From positions 62,001 through 126,000 of the forward strand of contig NMRA01000191.1 of NCBI GenBank assembly GCA_002633005.1: a stretch of DNA of 64,000 bases. The letters are read 5' to 3'. Positions 24,735 to 37,800 of this stretch are shown here, in pieces. The DNA is from Phoronis australis. Lineage: Eukaryota > Animalia > Phoronida. Position numbers and translations under genes: made by a program. Numbering within the stretch: position 1 is the stretch's first letter; every line of letters begins with the position of its first letter. The notes below the pieces were generated by a model, which was not told the origin of the DNA, ran no database searches, and saw only the letters and a program-made list of their open reading frames with translations.

Positions 24735-25925
24735 TTACTAGGAACAAATTTTCTCATAATACATACCTGTTTTACTTTTCATTATTGGGGTGGTTATTTC
24801 ACAACCAGTTTCTGCATGAAAGGGTGACATTCCAATGAAATGTCCTGTGTAAGAGAGCCCTTAAAAACAAAATTTCTTTCTCGGAGTTTCTCTTTGGGAA
24901 TTTGGTAAATAGAAAGGGTTTCTTTTGCAATTGAATTTACAGAAAGGTTTTGAATTAACCTATATGTTTGGGATCCATGGAACTTTATCCAAAGGTCTGT
25001 GTAAAAAAATAACTTGGGATTTTTTTAATAAAACTCTTAAAGTCCCATTTTCGATAGCCATTCCTTCAAATTGGGAACATATTTTAAAGTACTTAATAGC
25101 ATTTTGGAGATCATCGAATGAACCGTTCTACATGAAAGTTTCGTATAAATCCAGTCGGCCGTTTCTGAGACGTGGCGTTAGGAGTTAGCCGCATTTAGCC
25201 ATTTTTTTTGCATAAACTGCAAACCATGCCGGTAATTGACTGAAATATTGACAAAATGGGATTTCTGTTGTCGGCCATGTTGTGTGCTAATTTAATCATA
25301 ATGCATCTCTTCTGTCTTTTTGGGCTTTTTAAAAACTCGCTTGGTAAGAATCCCTACGAAAGGACCTAACACGATTTTTCTTGTCGAATATTGCACATTT
25401 ATCGGCCTCCATATTTTATTGCACGAGGTTTTGCTACCCGAGACCAGTGCCCGACACGGAGTCTCCCTGTAAATTACTACGGAAGTGAGTGATGATTACA
25501 CCTACCTGAGCTGCATCTCGACTCAGTGAAGCTCTCACACATGAATGCTTAATTGAAGGGTTTAGGTTTCACATTACCACGCCCGCGATATTGAATTACA
25601 GAATGTGTTGGCAACTCCAGTCGCAAGCAATCTAAATTCGCCATTTACGAATCCGCCCTTTATAGCCAGAGCTGGCCAACCCCAGCTATGAAGAGTTTTC
25701 TCGATTCATTGTTGATTGGTAAGAGAAAATCCTATGTGAGTTTATGAGAATGAAGACCGTCTTTAGCCGGCTAAAAGGCAAGTCTGTGCGTTCAGTCACG
25801 TCCCCAAACTCATTCATGTTGCTGATCCTAACTATCTGTTTTGAAAAAACCTTTGATTATATTTGGAGTGAAATACGATGGAAATGATCGCAAATTAAGA
25901 TTACATGGAGGAGTAGGATAACAAA

Positions 25926-26147
25926 CATATCGTTACGCACACAAATTACTCGCATAAATTAACTTTAATTTACGGCGTAAAGATTTTATTAACGCCGTTA
26001 ATATTTGATATACGCCACTAGCAAGGATTAATTTACGCCGTTGAAGTTAATTTACGCCGCAAAATAATCAATTTACGTCACTAGCAACGTTTAATTTACG
26101 CACGTAATTATGCGTGTGCAACTTTCATATATTTGACCAACGATATG
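25926..26147. mobile_element. Small TIR element with internal AATTTACGCC-like repeats
   Basis: CATATCGTT / AACGATATG ends, AAA flanks, about 7 degenerate internal motifs. Confidence 0.45.
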
Positions 26148-27399
26148 AAAGCCACGTTCTGCCACTATCTTAGTGCACGCTTAACTCATGTTGTGCTCTG
26201 ATTTGAAGTTACTGGACTGTCTAAAATTCGGGAACTACTTCTATAAGCATGCTGCTACCCAAACTAAGATCCTTTTTGGAAGTAATGTCTTTATTTCTTT
26301 TTAAATTCTTAATATAATTGATCGAGAAGAAATATATCAGCTAATCTGCTATATCTCCAACTTCAATGATTAATGCAGAAACTCTACTTTAGAAGAATTG
26401 GTATGTAAAGGGTATTTATTACAACTCAGATATATTGGACGAGGACCGGTTTTATATTGTCGTTAGATGGTTTTTGTAAAAAGTTCAAATTTTAGACCTA
26501 TGTTTCTTAATTTTTATGGCCAAAGAGACATGGACAAATTTAAAGAGTCAATTTTCTCTTCTGTGCATCTTTTATGCCAATTTTTGTAAAATTATTGGTC
26601 GCAGATAAAAAGATACAAAACAGGTATACAATAGTTTTGTGCTTCTGAGCTGAGTTGGTAGGCAGGCCTTTAATTGCTATGCCTGCCGGGTACTCATGTC
26701 GGTAATTGGTATAGAAAATAATTATTACGTGAACTCTCTCAGATGTGAAGTTTCGCCGGTGGTTCAGTTAAGGCTGTCTCGTGGAATTCTTGTGAAATCC
26801 GTTGTTAGTGCTCTTTGTATCAGTGCTGTAGTGGGGCGTAGGCGCATATAGTCGCAGCCAACCACCTTTTAGTATTTAACGTAGCGCCTACGCGGCACCG
26901 TAAGTTATGTTATAGTGCTAATTCAGTGCAATTTAAAATTCAGTGCTCAAGGTGATACGGTGGGTATTGGGCGTCTACTTACCTCTAATTTTACCCGTAC
27001 AGCACTGCTCTGTCTTTGCGTTCTGTAAGAGGAAATCGGCGACTTTGGTTCATTTATAACCTACTGACATTGTGATAATGTCCAAAAGATTTGGAAACCT
27101 CCAAATTTATATATTGAAAAAGGATCTCAGTGGACTGTATTATACTGTTCTGAGCAGTTCATTTATTCAAAACAAAGAAATGGTCAGCAATCAAAGATAT
27201 AATAACAATGTAAAGCTCTGTTTTCTACTACATGATCTCCGGGCCCTCAGTGGCAAGACCCGGCACTGAGCTCGAAGATACGCTTTACTTTACTTAAGTC
27301 AAAATGAACTAATTGGGAATAGGCTCCTGATTTGTATTTCAAATCCTGCGTTTGTTTGTACTGGCTACGTGCATTGTATACTATGAGCTTTTCTCTGGA

Positions 27400-28027
27400 T
27401 CAGTTCGGTGTTTAGCTGCGGCTTTTTTCTTCAACTAAGATGAGGTTACATTTAAGCCGTACATTTTATAAATACACAGTTAAGAACCTATATTTTATTT
27501 AAGCACGAGTTTTTACTAACTGAGCCGTATGTAAAGATTAATTTATCTCGTTCCGAGCGATCTCTTCTGGCTCAGCTTAGAGCAGGAAATCTCCCATTAC
27601 ACTTGGAAAGTGGTCCTAACGTCAAACACTCCTGTAAGTGAAAGACTTCGCTTGTGTTGCCTTCTGGTTCTGTGGAGGATGAGCTACATTTTGTGTTTAA
27701 TTGTTCTCTTTATAACTTACGGAGGTCTATTCTGTTTAATAATGTTTCACTTCAAATCCCGAACTTTGACTAGATTTCAGTAGATTAGATACATTAAAAC
27801 TGCTATTTCAGTATTTCCCTAGGCAATTTTCCAAATATATCAAGTCTGCTTTTGAACTTAACCGACGCATTTATGCATGATAGGCCTACATCTGAGTTGT
27901 GTGGTTAAAGTGACTAATAAGCCCAACTGGGCTGGCTACTTGTCTTTCTTACGAATGTTATAGCTGTTACTGTTTGATTTAATTGTACTTGTCACTATAA
28001 TAAATAAATACTACTAATACTACTACT
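27400..28027 (+). mobile_element. Decayed 3' end of a non-LTR retrotransposon (RTEX/L2-type C-terminus; 5' boundary approximate)
   Basis: Frame-broken LRTYILFKHEF..EPYVKINLSRSERSLLAQLRAGNLPLHLESG..VEDELHFVFNCSLYNLRR, then AATAAA and a (TAC)n tail. Confidence 0.7.
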
Positions 28028-28665
28028 CCTTTTTTATATCAATTTAATATCGTGCTTCAACCGACTAGCCTTTGGCTAATATTTGTTTATGTAAATGTAC
28101 TAGTTTAAATAAAGATGTATGTGTGTGTGTAAGATTTTTAGCTGTTCGGTCGACGCGGTCCGAACCGACGGCAGCTCTTGTCTCAGCATGCGGCAAATTT
28201 TGAGCAAGGAGTGTAGTACATTCATTAACTTGACCTATTTTTAAAATTAAGTCAACATTCGACCAATCGTCGATCAACGACACAACACACCTTTTCAAGG
28301 TTAGGAAACTACTTATAAACAGATGCTGTCGAGGCAGTGAAACACAAGTATCCACATATTGCTTAACTATCTGCAACTATGCCTAATACCTTGAAATTCA
28401 GTAATTTGACCCTTGAATCAGATTTTGACAAAAATTGTCATGGTTACGCGGCTGTGACCTTGGATCGTTCATGCGACCACTTTTCGGGCTTGGGACTTCC
28501 TGTGTCGACTGAAATATGGTCGACTTTCTTGGTTAAGACTTTTGTATTGTGTGAAGGTTCATTTTCATCTATCACTTTGTGGACTGACGCAGCATTGACT
28601 GCTTGGAATGTTGTCGTACTAACGATTTTGTCGAAACTATTTACAAGTGACTGATTGTTTCAGGA

Positions 28666-28835
28666 ATGCAGCATTTTAGAACCTGTCTCAGGCTTTATGC
28701 CAGAGTCGCCATTTTTCAAAACAGAATTCTGCCAAGCAGACTTACTGAATCGGCCGGATGCCTCTTCAACACATCTGCTGCTGTGAATTGTTACTATGAC
28801 ACGGAGTATCGAGATGCAAGTGGAAGCATAAATTT
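28666..28835 (+). CDS. GLS: Glutaminase coding exon 1 (mitochondrial presequence); absent from the ORF track
   Basis: [27 protein letters not shown].. is Arg-rich with no acidic residue in the first 27 aa. The phase-2 donor TT|gtaagt joins exon 2 in frame. Confidence 0.75.
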
Positions 28836-31800
28836 GTAAGTTCATATCTTGAAGTTTGTTCCCATTCATGATTGTCAAGGTAATTGGAATCGCAGTTTCA
28901 GATTGAAGGTCCACGTCACTAACAGTAACACGGTCTTCGTGAAATTGTCTGGTGGACGGCGTGGTTCATGATATCTCACTTAATATCCCTTTGGTGCAAG
29001 GTCGGTTTATTGGCCTTTGGGTAATAAACCACTTGCAGGTCTGAAAACTTTGCAGCAAGGTGGGACAACAGAGGCATTGATCTACAGGGGGGGGGGTTCA
29101 GGGGGTTCAAACCCCCCCTCAGGACAGGATCAAAAATAAAAATTGAAAAAACTTCGCCAGAAAAACGAAATCAGCTTCTAAAAGCCACAAAAAATCTTAC
29201 ACGGGAGGGGGGAAACCTCCTCCCGACCTTCCTTCCGCTCGGCGCTATGCGCCTCGGATTCGCTCAAATCTTAAACCCCACCCCCTTACTGAAAACTTAG
29301 ATTTGCCACCCCTTGGACAAAATCGCCTTCTTATTTCAATGAACTGACTTTGTAGGCTGTGCCTGGCTTATGTAATGGTTGTACAACAGTATCATATAAC
29401 TCTCAGTCGCTCGGCAGTGTTGCATTGCAGGTAGAAAACCAGAATGAGGTTTTACTTAACCTCTAGCAAATTCCCATTGTGCATAAAGAGGTGAGCACTA
29501 TGACGCCAAGGGAAGTGAAACATAATTACTAGTATATCGATGCACTACTAAAAGGAGGTGGTACATCTAATACGTCCTATGCAGTGGCAGATCCAGGATT
29601 TTTAGTTAGGGGAGCCAGGGCAGAGTATTAGCCAGGTTTTTGCCTGTCAGACATTCGCACCCAAGAATTGCCAAATGAAATCTGAGAGAGTTTTAGGGTG
29701 GGCCATGGCCCCCTTNNCCCCCCCCCCCCCCTCTTAACCCACCACTGCTATGCGCTGAATGTGGCGACACATTCTTTAGTTACTGCCTGTTAACCCCATA
29801 CTATAGTAAAAAGTTAACTCAAAGCCTTTTGAAAACCCAGTCACATTTGCAGTTGCCTGTTGAATACGCCTATTTTATGTGCAGATCACTTAAGTCCTGT
29901 CCTGTCCACACACAGACTAGCCTTAGTGCAACCTGCATGAGTGCAACTTGCTCTACTGTAAGTGGAGTGTCCACACACATATCTGATAACTAACACAATT
30001 GACATTGAACACCTGATGTGAATATGGCACGAAAAAGAAGACTTGTCAGCTGATACTACTTCCACCTTGACCCAGATTTGTGGTCACATAGTGCTTAGTA
30101 GTAGTGCAAGTTACCCTAGACCAAATGCCATGGTAAAAGTGGAGTAAACCGGTCCCTCTTGAAAATGGCTACCGGGAGCCAGTTTATTACTCAGTAATCA
30201 CAATGTCCGTTATTCAGTGTGAACTGGTTCCCTGTAGCCATTTTGAAGAGGGACTTGTTTATTCCACTTTTACCGAACACATTAACACATTACCCTATCT
30301 CGATAAGGTGGAGTAAGATGTCACTAGTGAAACAAGTTGCACTAGTTTCAATAGCATCTAGGCTGTCCCCAGTCGTAGGGACAACTCGTTTCAGGAGTAA
30401 TTTGTTCTCAGGTAAGTGTGTGTTTGGACGGCACTTTAATTAATGAAGTGAAACAAAATCAACAGGCAGCAAGTCAAAGTTTTTCGGATGCCGTGTCATT
30501 TGAAGTTGGAATTTCAGTTTAAACTGCATTTCATCCTGTTTAGCTGGCTAAAACTTTATAAAATCAGTTTAAAAAATTTCCTAACAAATGATATGGCTTT
30601 TCTGTTATCAAATCCTCAGAAAGTCAAGAAATGTGTTGGAAAATTGTTAATTTCGTTGATGCTGGCCAACCCTGAAATTTAAAAATGGTACCCAGGAAAT
30701 TCCTTTGAAAATAGGTCAGCTGTGTGACAACAATAGCCATGTATTCCCTGTGTACATCACTGATCAGCTGTTGGTTTTGCATTTAGAACTTCAATTATGT
30801 GACAGCTACAGGGCAAAATGTAGTTCTTTAATTCATCAATCTTTAAAATTCAGAGACCTAAATGTTTATTTTTCTTGCTGCAAAAAAGTTGCACAGGTTA
30901 TTTCTTTGATGTATTTAGTGTGCAGCTTTTGTCAATTAGGCCTGATTTGTTCACCACTTTTTATGACGAAATAAAATCAAGCTTACTAGTAATCAGACTA
31001 GCTCAACTTAACTCTAATTATTATGCTAGTAGATTAGCCTTGGGCACTGGAGGCTTTTGATGTTGTGACATACTGCTTTCTTTGCTGTAGGCTCTGGGAC
31101 AAAAACACACCAATTCTTGTAGAAATTTGTGCAGAAGGTATTACTGAAGAATTTTACTAATGAAGATCTTTCACAAGTTACACTTTACGCTTGTAAAACA
31201 CCAAAGATAGGCCAGTAGACCTTTCAAGCATAGAGGTACACCTTTCAAGCATAGAGGTACACCTTTAGAGCCCATAGATGGATTTTTTAATCCTTCTAAC
31301 ATGAACAAATACTCCAGCATTTTAGATTTCTTCCCATTGCCTTTGTTTATTGACAAAATTCAGATCTAACCTGTGTATGAGCATAATTGACATTATAACA
31401 ACCACTTAGCATTGTACCACGTTGTCAGATTTGTTACAAGCATTAAAACATCAGTTAAGAACGGTCTTTAAATTAAAGAAATCTTCCCTCAATTAGTAGT
31501 TTCAATATGTGAGTGTGACGAGTTCGTCATGGTAGTAGTCCTGTCGGTGCAATGTCAGAAAACGCCTGGCCTTGCTCGATTGTGTTCATGAGGGATTGTG
31601 GTTATGACAGCCAATGTGCTCGAGATCAAAGGGAACTGTAGAGGGAGATAACTCTGGTAGTCATGTGTCACTAGGAGTTAGCACATACGGAGGACCTGTC
31701 TATGGTACACCTTGCTTCTGGACCTGTCTATGGTACACCTTGCTTCTGGACCTGTCTATGGTACACCTTGCTTCTGGACCTGTCTATGGTACACCTTGCT

Positions 31801-34800
31801 TCTAGACCTGTCTATGGTCCACCTTGCTTCTGGACCTGTCTATGGTACACCTTGCTTCTAGACCTGTCTATGGTACACCTTGCTTCTGGACCTGTCTATG
31901 GTCCACCTTGCTTCTAGTCTCCCAATGGATCTGTTGTACATTGAAGGAATCTAAATTATCGATTGAAGTAATGGGAACCCGTTACTTCCACCAGTTATGG
32001 TTCTGAGGGACTTCCACTCCAGTTAATTTCTGAGATGACTAGATTTACCCAGCACTCAAGACAAAAAGTGGCCGACATAAGTTTTGCGTCAATGCCAGTC
32101 TTCAAAATCAATGGCAAGCTTTTTATATGGAGCAGAGCAACTACGTATAGTTGTGTATTGATGACTTCACAGCAATAAAACTAGGGCTGATATGGTAGAT
32201 GATGGAAAGTTTTGACAAAGACAGTCAGACTACATCCACTATAGCTGCCATTAAGAAGTCCCACAAGTACAAATCAAATATGGCGAAAGTCCTGTGCAAA
32301 CGTACTAGTACAGCAGTAGATTCTTTTTGATATATCCCAGTTGAGAATTTACTGAATTAAATACTGATGTAACAATAGACAGTAATAGCTCAGTGTAACA
32401 CAGCTGCTTTCGTAATTACTTTGTCTTTCTACAGCTGAGCATACAGTGGGGCTGCANAAAAATTCTGCGTGGATCCTTAAATGGCACACTGACCCCTCCT
32501 GCATAACCTAGGGATCAAGAGGTCATTTGTAAAGCTTGAGATATCATGGGTACCAACAGACAAGACAAATCTGAAAAATTGCGACCAATCACAACAAATA
32601 AACCCTTGAAAAATGAAAAAGCTCAATGTTGGTCATTTTTTTGTCAGAAATGCTTGAGGTTCTATAGAATCATCACTGGTGTGTGTCAAAGCAAGTGATG
32701 ACTGGTGGTAACCATTTTGTGATTGCCAAGGTATTGCGTAGATTAAAACGTTGAACTTACTGCTGTATCACCTACCTATACTCTTTTTGTGGAAGAGTTT
32801 CCCACTGGTGTTTGTAGAACAATGAAAGGGTTAGTCCCCCAACTGCATTCTTGTGTTCTTGAAAATGTTTCATTAACAACACATCTCTTATGAAGTTAAA
32901 AACGTTTACTGAAACTTCCATGCAGTGCCATCGTGAAAGCCAAGATCTGTTGTTTTTAACCTCTATGTAATTAACTAGGGACTTTGCAAACTTTTTGCAA
33001 AGGTAATATTACGTAACAAACTAAACTTATATTATTCTTTTAAAAACTGCAAAAATTTGTCACGAATATGACCAGTTACGTAACAAACATTTTCCGAAAG
33101 GTACTTAATTAAACACTCAACCCTTGCTTGTTTAATAATTTGTTTTTAAATACAATTTCAATAATATTAAACAAAATATACAAAACTTTATGTGTCGGCA
33201 TGTACGTGCACACACATCGTTTAACATATAAAATCATGGTAACTGTAGATAAGTGTTCAGGGTTTCCAAAAACAGTTTTATGTGGTTCTTTATTTCTCAA
33301 CATATGGAAACTATACAGACCTTTGTAATACCGTTGTACTTAAATTGGGAATAACTAGGGGTTGTCTGGTCTGTAAAGCATTTATAAAGAAAATATTGAC
33401 AAGTACTTAATATGGAATTTGTAGCCTTGAAATTAAGTCCAAAACATTCCATCAAAAGAACATTTTAAGATTAAATCATGTTGACTAGTTAAGTGGACTA
33501 AGAGTTTCTGAATTTCAGGCCAAAATGTTTTCATGGAGTCATATTCCACAAACGCAAGGCTCCAATGGCTCCACAAGATGCATATGTGTCCTCACTTACT
33601 GATCATTCATTTTTCACTTTTGAAAGCAAAATATTTCTAGAAAACAGTAATTATTTAATTAACTGGTGAGAGTTTACGCACTTTGACCTGGAAGGCACAG
33701 ATTTCTCCACACATCTCAATCCTTGTTTGCTTTTTTTAGTCACATCTTCAATACACACAAATATGCGTCCAGGCAGGCACACACACACACACACACGCAC
33801 ACACACACGCACACATGTATATCGTTCAAATTGAAGGGAATAGTTCAGAAGTTCCTATTTGTTAAACCAAATTACCTGGTTGTTTTTGCAGGACAGGAAT
33901 TAATTACCATGTTATATCAGGCAATCCCATGTCCTGCTGGTACCAACATAACTTTACAGTCAGTAGCCTGTTAGATACATGTATAGATAATGAGCACTCA
34001 TTATTGCTCTTGGAATTCTGGGAATAAGAGGATTATTTCTGGCTCATCTATAGTGGTTACCAGCACACTAATATGCATGAAGTCCATGTGCACTGCAGTA
34101 TGTGGGAGTTACTAACCACATCACATTGCCTACACATCACATCGAGCCTTTGAGTTATTCTGCTTCTAGGCTTTCATTCTGTGGGAGACTCAGTGTTGCT
34201 TAGTGATGGGCTCTTACAATGGAGACGAGAGCAACAGACATGTTTTGGACTGTGAAAGGAAAACCCCACTATTTATGTACAATTTTTAGTTTTTTGTGAA
34301 CTAATTGATTCTATCTAGTGATTTATTTCTGTAGCAAAATTTTCTCAAGTTTTAGTAAAGTCTGACTCATTCTGTGAGGTTTTGTATGCTTGTGTGTTTG
34401 CATGTGGCGTTTCTATTGATCAGCTGTTCCTTTCTGAAATTTGTAGATCAAGTTTTGGAGGTTTCATGGAGGACGCCGTCTTCGATAACCTGTGCGATAC
34501 CGACTCTCAGAAACTGAATGTTAGGACATTCTTGAACGTAAGTTTTCATTTGCAAGACCTAAAAATTTGTTGCAATAGTGAAACATCATTGAAAATAGTT
34601 GTTATTGGTTATGGTAAAAATTCTTCAGTTTGGGATGCAATATGGCCTACAGGTGAAGTTTCACTATGTCAAATTTGTCAAAAAATAACTTTTCAAACTA
34701 TTTACTTTTTAGCATGGTTTGTATGGCATGGCAATTACTGAAAAACTTTTGGTAATTTTTTTAGCATTTGTATCAATTTGGTAAGTGTCTGAAAAATAGA

Positions 34801-37800
34801 AACATGGCAATTTTAGCTATTATTTTTTGTCCCAAATTAAAAAAATACCGTACTTTGAATACTTGGTCATTTCAAATAGCCTAAATAGGCATTGGGAATT
34901 TGCTTAATTGCAAAAAAACTATTTGATGACGTATCAGCCACTGCAAAAAATCTTCACCAGTTTCCTTTTTTTGGTTTGTATCTAATGAAGTTGTGAAGGG
35001 GTTACATATATCTCTAGCCTTTGCAGCTATTGGCTGTGGAATAACACACTACTTGTTACCTAAATTGCAAGCCTACAAAATCACGTAAAATGGCAACCAT
35101 TTCTGATGCCCTATTATTAAGTCTTGGTTCTGTGTTTTTGGTATTTTAGGCCCTTGCAAAGTCGGGAATAAGACAGACTGACCCAAGACTGAAAGAGAGC
35201 ATTCAGAATTTTCAGCGACTGCAACGTGACGTAAATAAAACAGATGTCTTCAGTTACGACATTCAAATTGATAGAGAATCTTTCAAACAGTGAGTAAAAC
35301 ATGCGTTGTGTTGGCACCAACTCATTTTTCTTATTTTATTAAGTTATCTTTTAATGTGGCTTGTATAAAACACGTTCTGCAGTACAAATCAACTTTTTCA
35401 CCAGCGGATGTGCTCCTCCAAAGCAACCCCATCTCGCTCTTGTCTCTTGTTTGAATTGGTTGCAATAAAATGCATGGAATTCACCTGCCCACCACACTGC
35501 TTAGCCACTAAAACAACCCGCCTGTGACTAGAACACTAAATGAGCCAAGTCTGAAGAAAAGCTGTCAGTTCTCAAGCATAGATATAACTTCTAATCCGAA
35601 TTAGGAGAAAGAGGAGATTAATTTTATAAATGTTAGTGGTTTAGGTCAAAATTGCATTGTAACAGAAGGCATGGGTTTATTATACTTTTATCCTAATTGT
35701 ATGTTGTGTTCGAGTAACTAACTACACAATGAATTTGCCATGCATGTTTTTAGGGGGGTTTAAAGGAGAATGCCACCCGATTTAATTAGTCTTTTTTGCC
35801 ATCTTAATCGGTCTATATCCACATCGCCTCGCATACGGTCGACCTCACCTTGCCAAGAGGTGTCGCGCTAACCTGTGAGGAAGGTGAGAAACGACGCTAG
35901 CGACGTCAGTGGTTCATATGCATAGTGAATGCCGCTATGTTGCGGTGCATCGTTCCCGCTTGTCCGAACTCAGCACCTGCGAGGAAAGCGGGTATATCGT
36001 TTTTTTTAATTCCTTGAGAGTACGAAATGCTTAAGAAGTGGCTCATGGTAGTGAAGAATGAAATGTACACTGTAAATAGCAAGTATGATCAGGCCATGAA
36101 ACATCTCCGTGTCTGTGGCCTGCAGATGTCGACTGTGCCTGCGGAATATGCTGGCTTACCAAATAATTCCATACGTTCCGTTGTCTGAGCTTGTTCACGG
36201 CGCCTCTCTAGTATTTCTTCATCACTGTATTCCTGTTCAAATTGATAGCCTGTAAAACTTAACGATCAACCTGCGAAGTCGGGACTGATGAGCTCTAGCT
36301 CGTCCTAAGTCGGGATTGCGAGTTGCTATGTTGGCGTTTATTACTGAGCGTTCTGTTTCAAAATGAATTATTCTCACCCCAACCAATACTTACCGTATAT
36401 AAAACTGACACAAATTCCGTCTCATTAGATACAATTTGTAATGCCTTTGGAGTGTTCGTGAGTGCAAATGATTTGAGAAGCCAGCAATGAATAAATCACT
36501 GCGTTACCGGCTTTAGGTGCAATAAAACTAATTGACGGGACACCGGCCGAGGCCGTGTGAGCTATTGCTAAATTTCGTGTTTGCTGGCATAAACTGTTGC
36601 GAAACAACTCAGATTTCCATCCTACGGACAGGTGTTAGGGGAATCTTTATTTACATTTACATTACTCAAATAATGATTGTCAATGTACAACTTCTGCCCT
36701 GACGGTGCTGTGGCCAACTTGAAAGCGCGAACCTGAATTCGCGGCCCCGACGAGTAAGTAAGTTTGAAGTTTCGTGGCTAATTCACCAACATAATCAAGT
36801 GCACAATACTTTGGCTCAATAGTATAGTATTTTCTTGACTTGAAGTTTAGTTTCCAGTGAACTTTGGCTGGTTTATGTTCGTGATGTCTGATGCAGTTTC
36901 CAAGCCACTGGCTGGGATAACGGCGGAGTCAATCCGGCCGGCCGCGACGGGCCAGGATAACAAGCGTTTTGTGTTTAGAACTAAGAAAATCACTAGTCTA
37001 AACAACACAGATCTAGGTTCTCCTGTCTGTATCTCACGGAAAATACTTCAAAATTATCTCCGAACAGACCCCAAACTCCTGCTATGGACCTCATTGGCCT
37101 GCCGAACTTTGTAGGCTACGGTGTGTCCAAATACCAATAAATCCGTAAGAGCGAAATAAAACAGCACGTTTTTATAAGAACTCGCTGTATTTTTAAGGGT
37201 TTTACATCGAAGTTTGATGATTTATTGGTGTTAAACGATGAATTCAAGCGATAAGCTGACACCAGTAACCTGTGTTGTGAACTGCTGAACAGACTGCGTG
37301 TGAAACCGATGACGTCATCGGATAATTTCAACACCTCCGTCTGCCGTCAGGTGTCAGGTAACGCAACCGTACGTGTCGTTATGGAGTAGAACTACTCGAT
37401 CTAAATTGATACAAATTAGGTTGTTTTTTGGGTGGCATGCTCCTTTAAAGTAACTAACTACACAAGGAACTTGACATGCATGTTTTTAGGGGGGTTTAAA
37501 GTTACTAACTACACAGTCAAGGAACTTGACATGCATGTTTTTAGGGGGGTTTAAAGTATCATCACTTCCGATCCTTCACATATTCTATACATTCCAAATT
37601 TGTCATAACTTTTCTTGTTTTCAATGGCTGTCTTGCTGCAAATAACGATCACTTTACCAAAGTTTGTGTCATGACATCTACACAGTACAAACCAAGTTAG
37701 TGGCTAGGTTATTTATTATTGAGAAGTTAAACAATTGCACTTGTCCTCCACATTCTGTGCTAAATAGAATCATAATATTGTGCATTTGCATACTCATTTA

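Noticed and set aside
31692-31915. CRISPR-like 28-bp repeat and the repetitive ORFs over it
   Set aside because: Head-to-tail units without spacers, in a eukaryotic intron: an ordinary minisatellite
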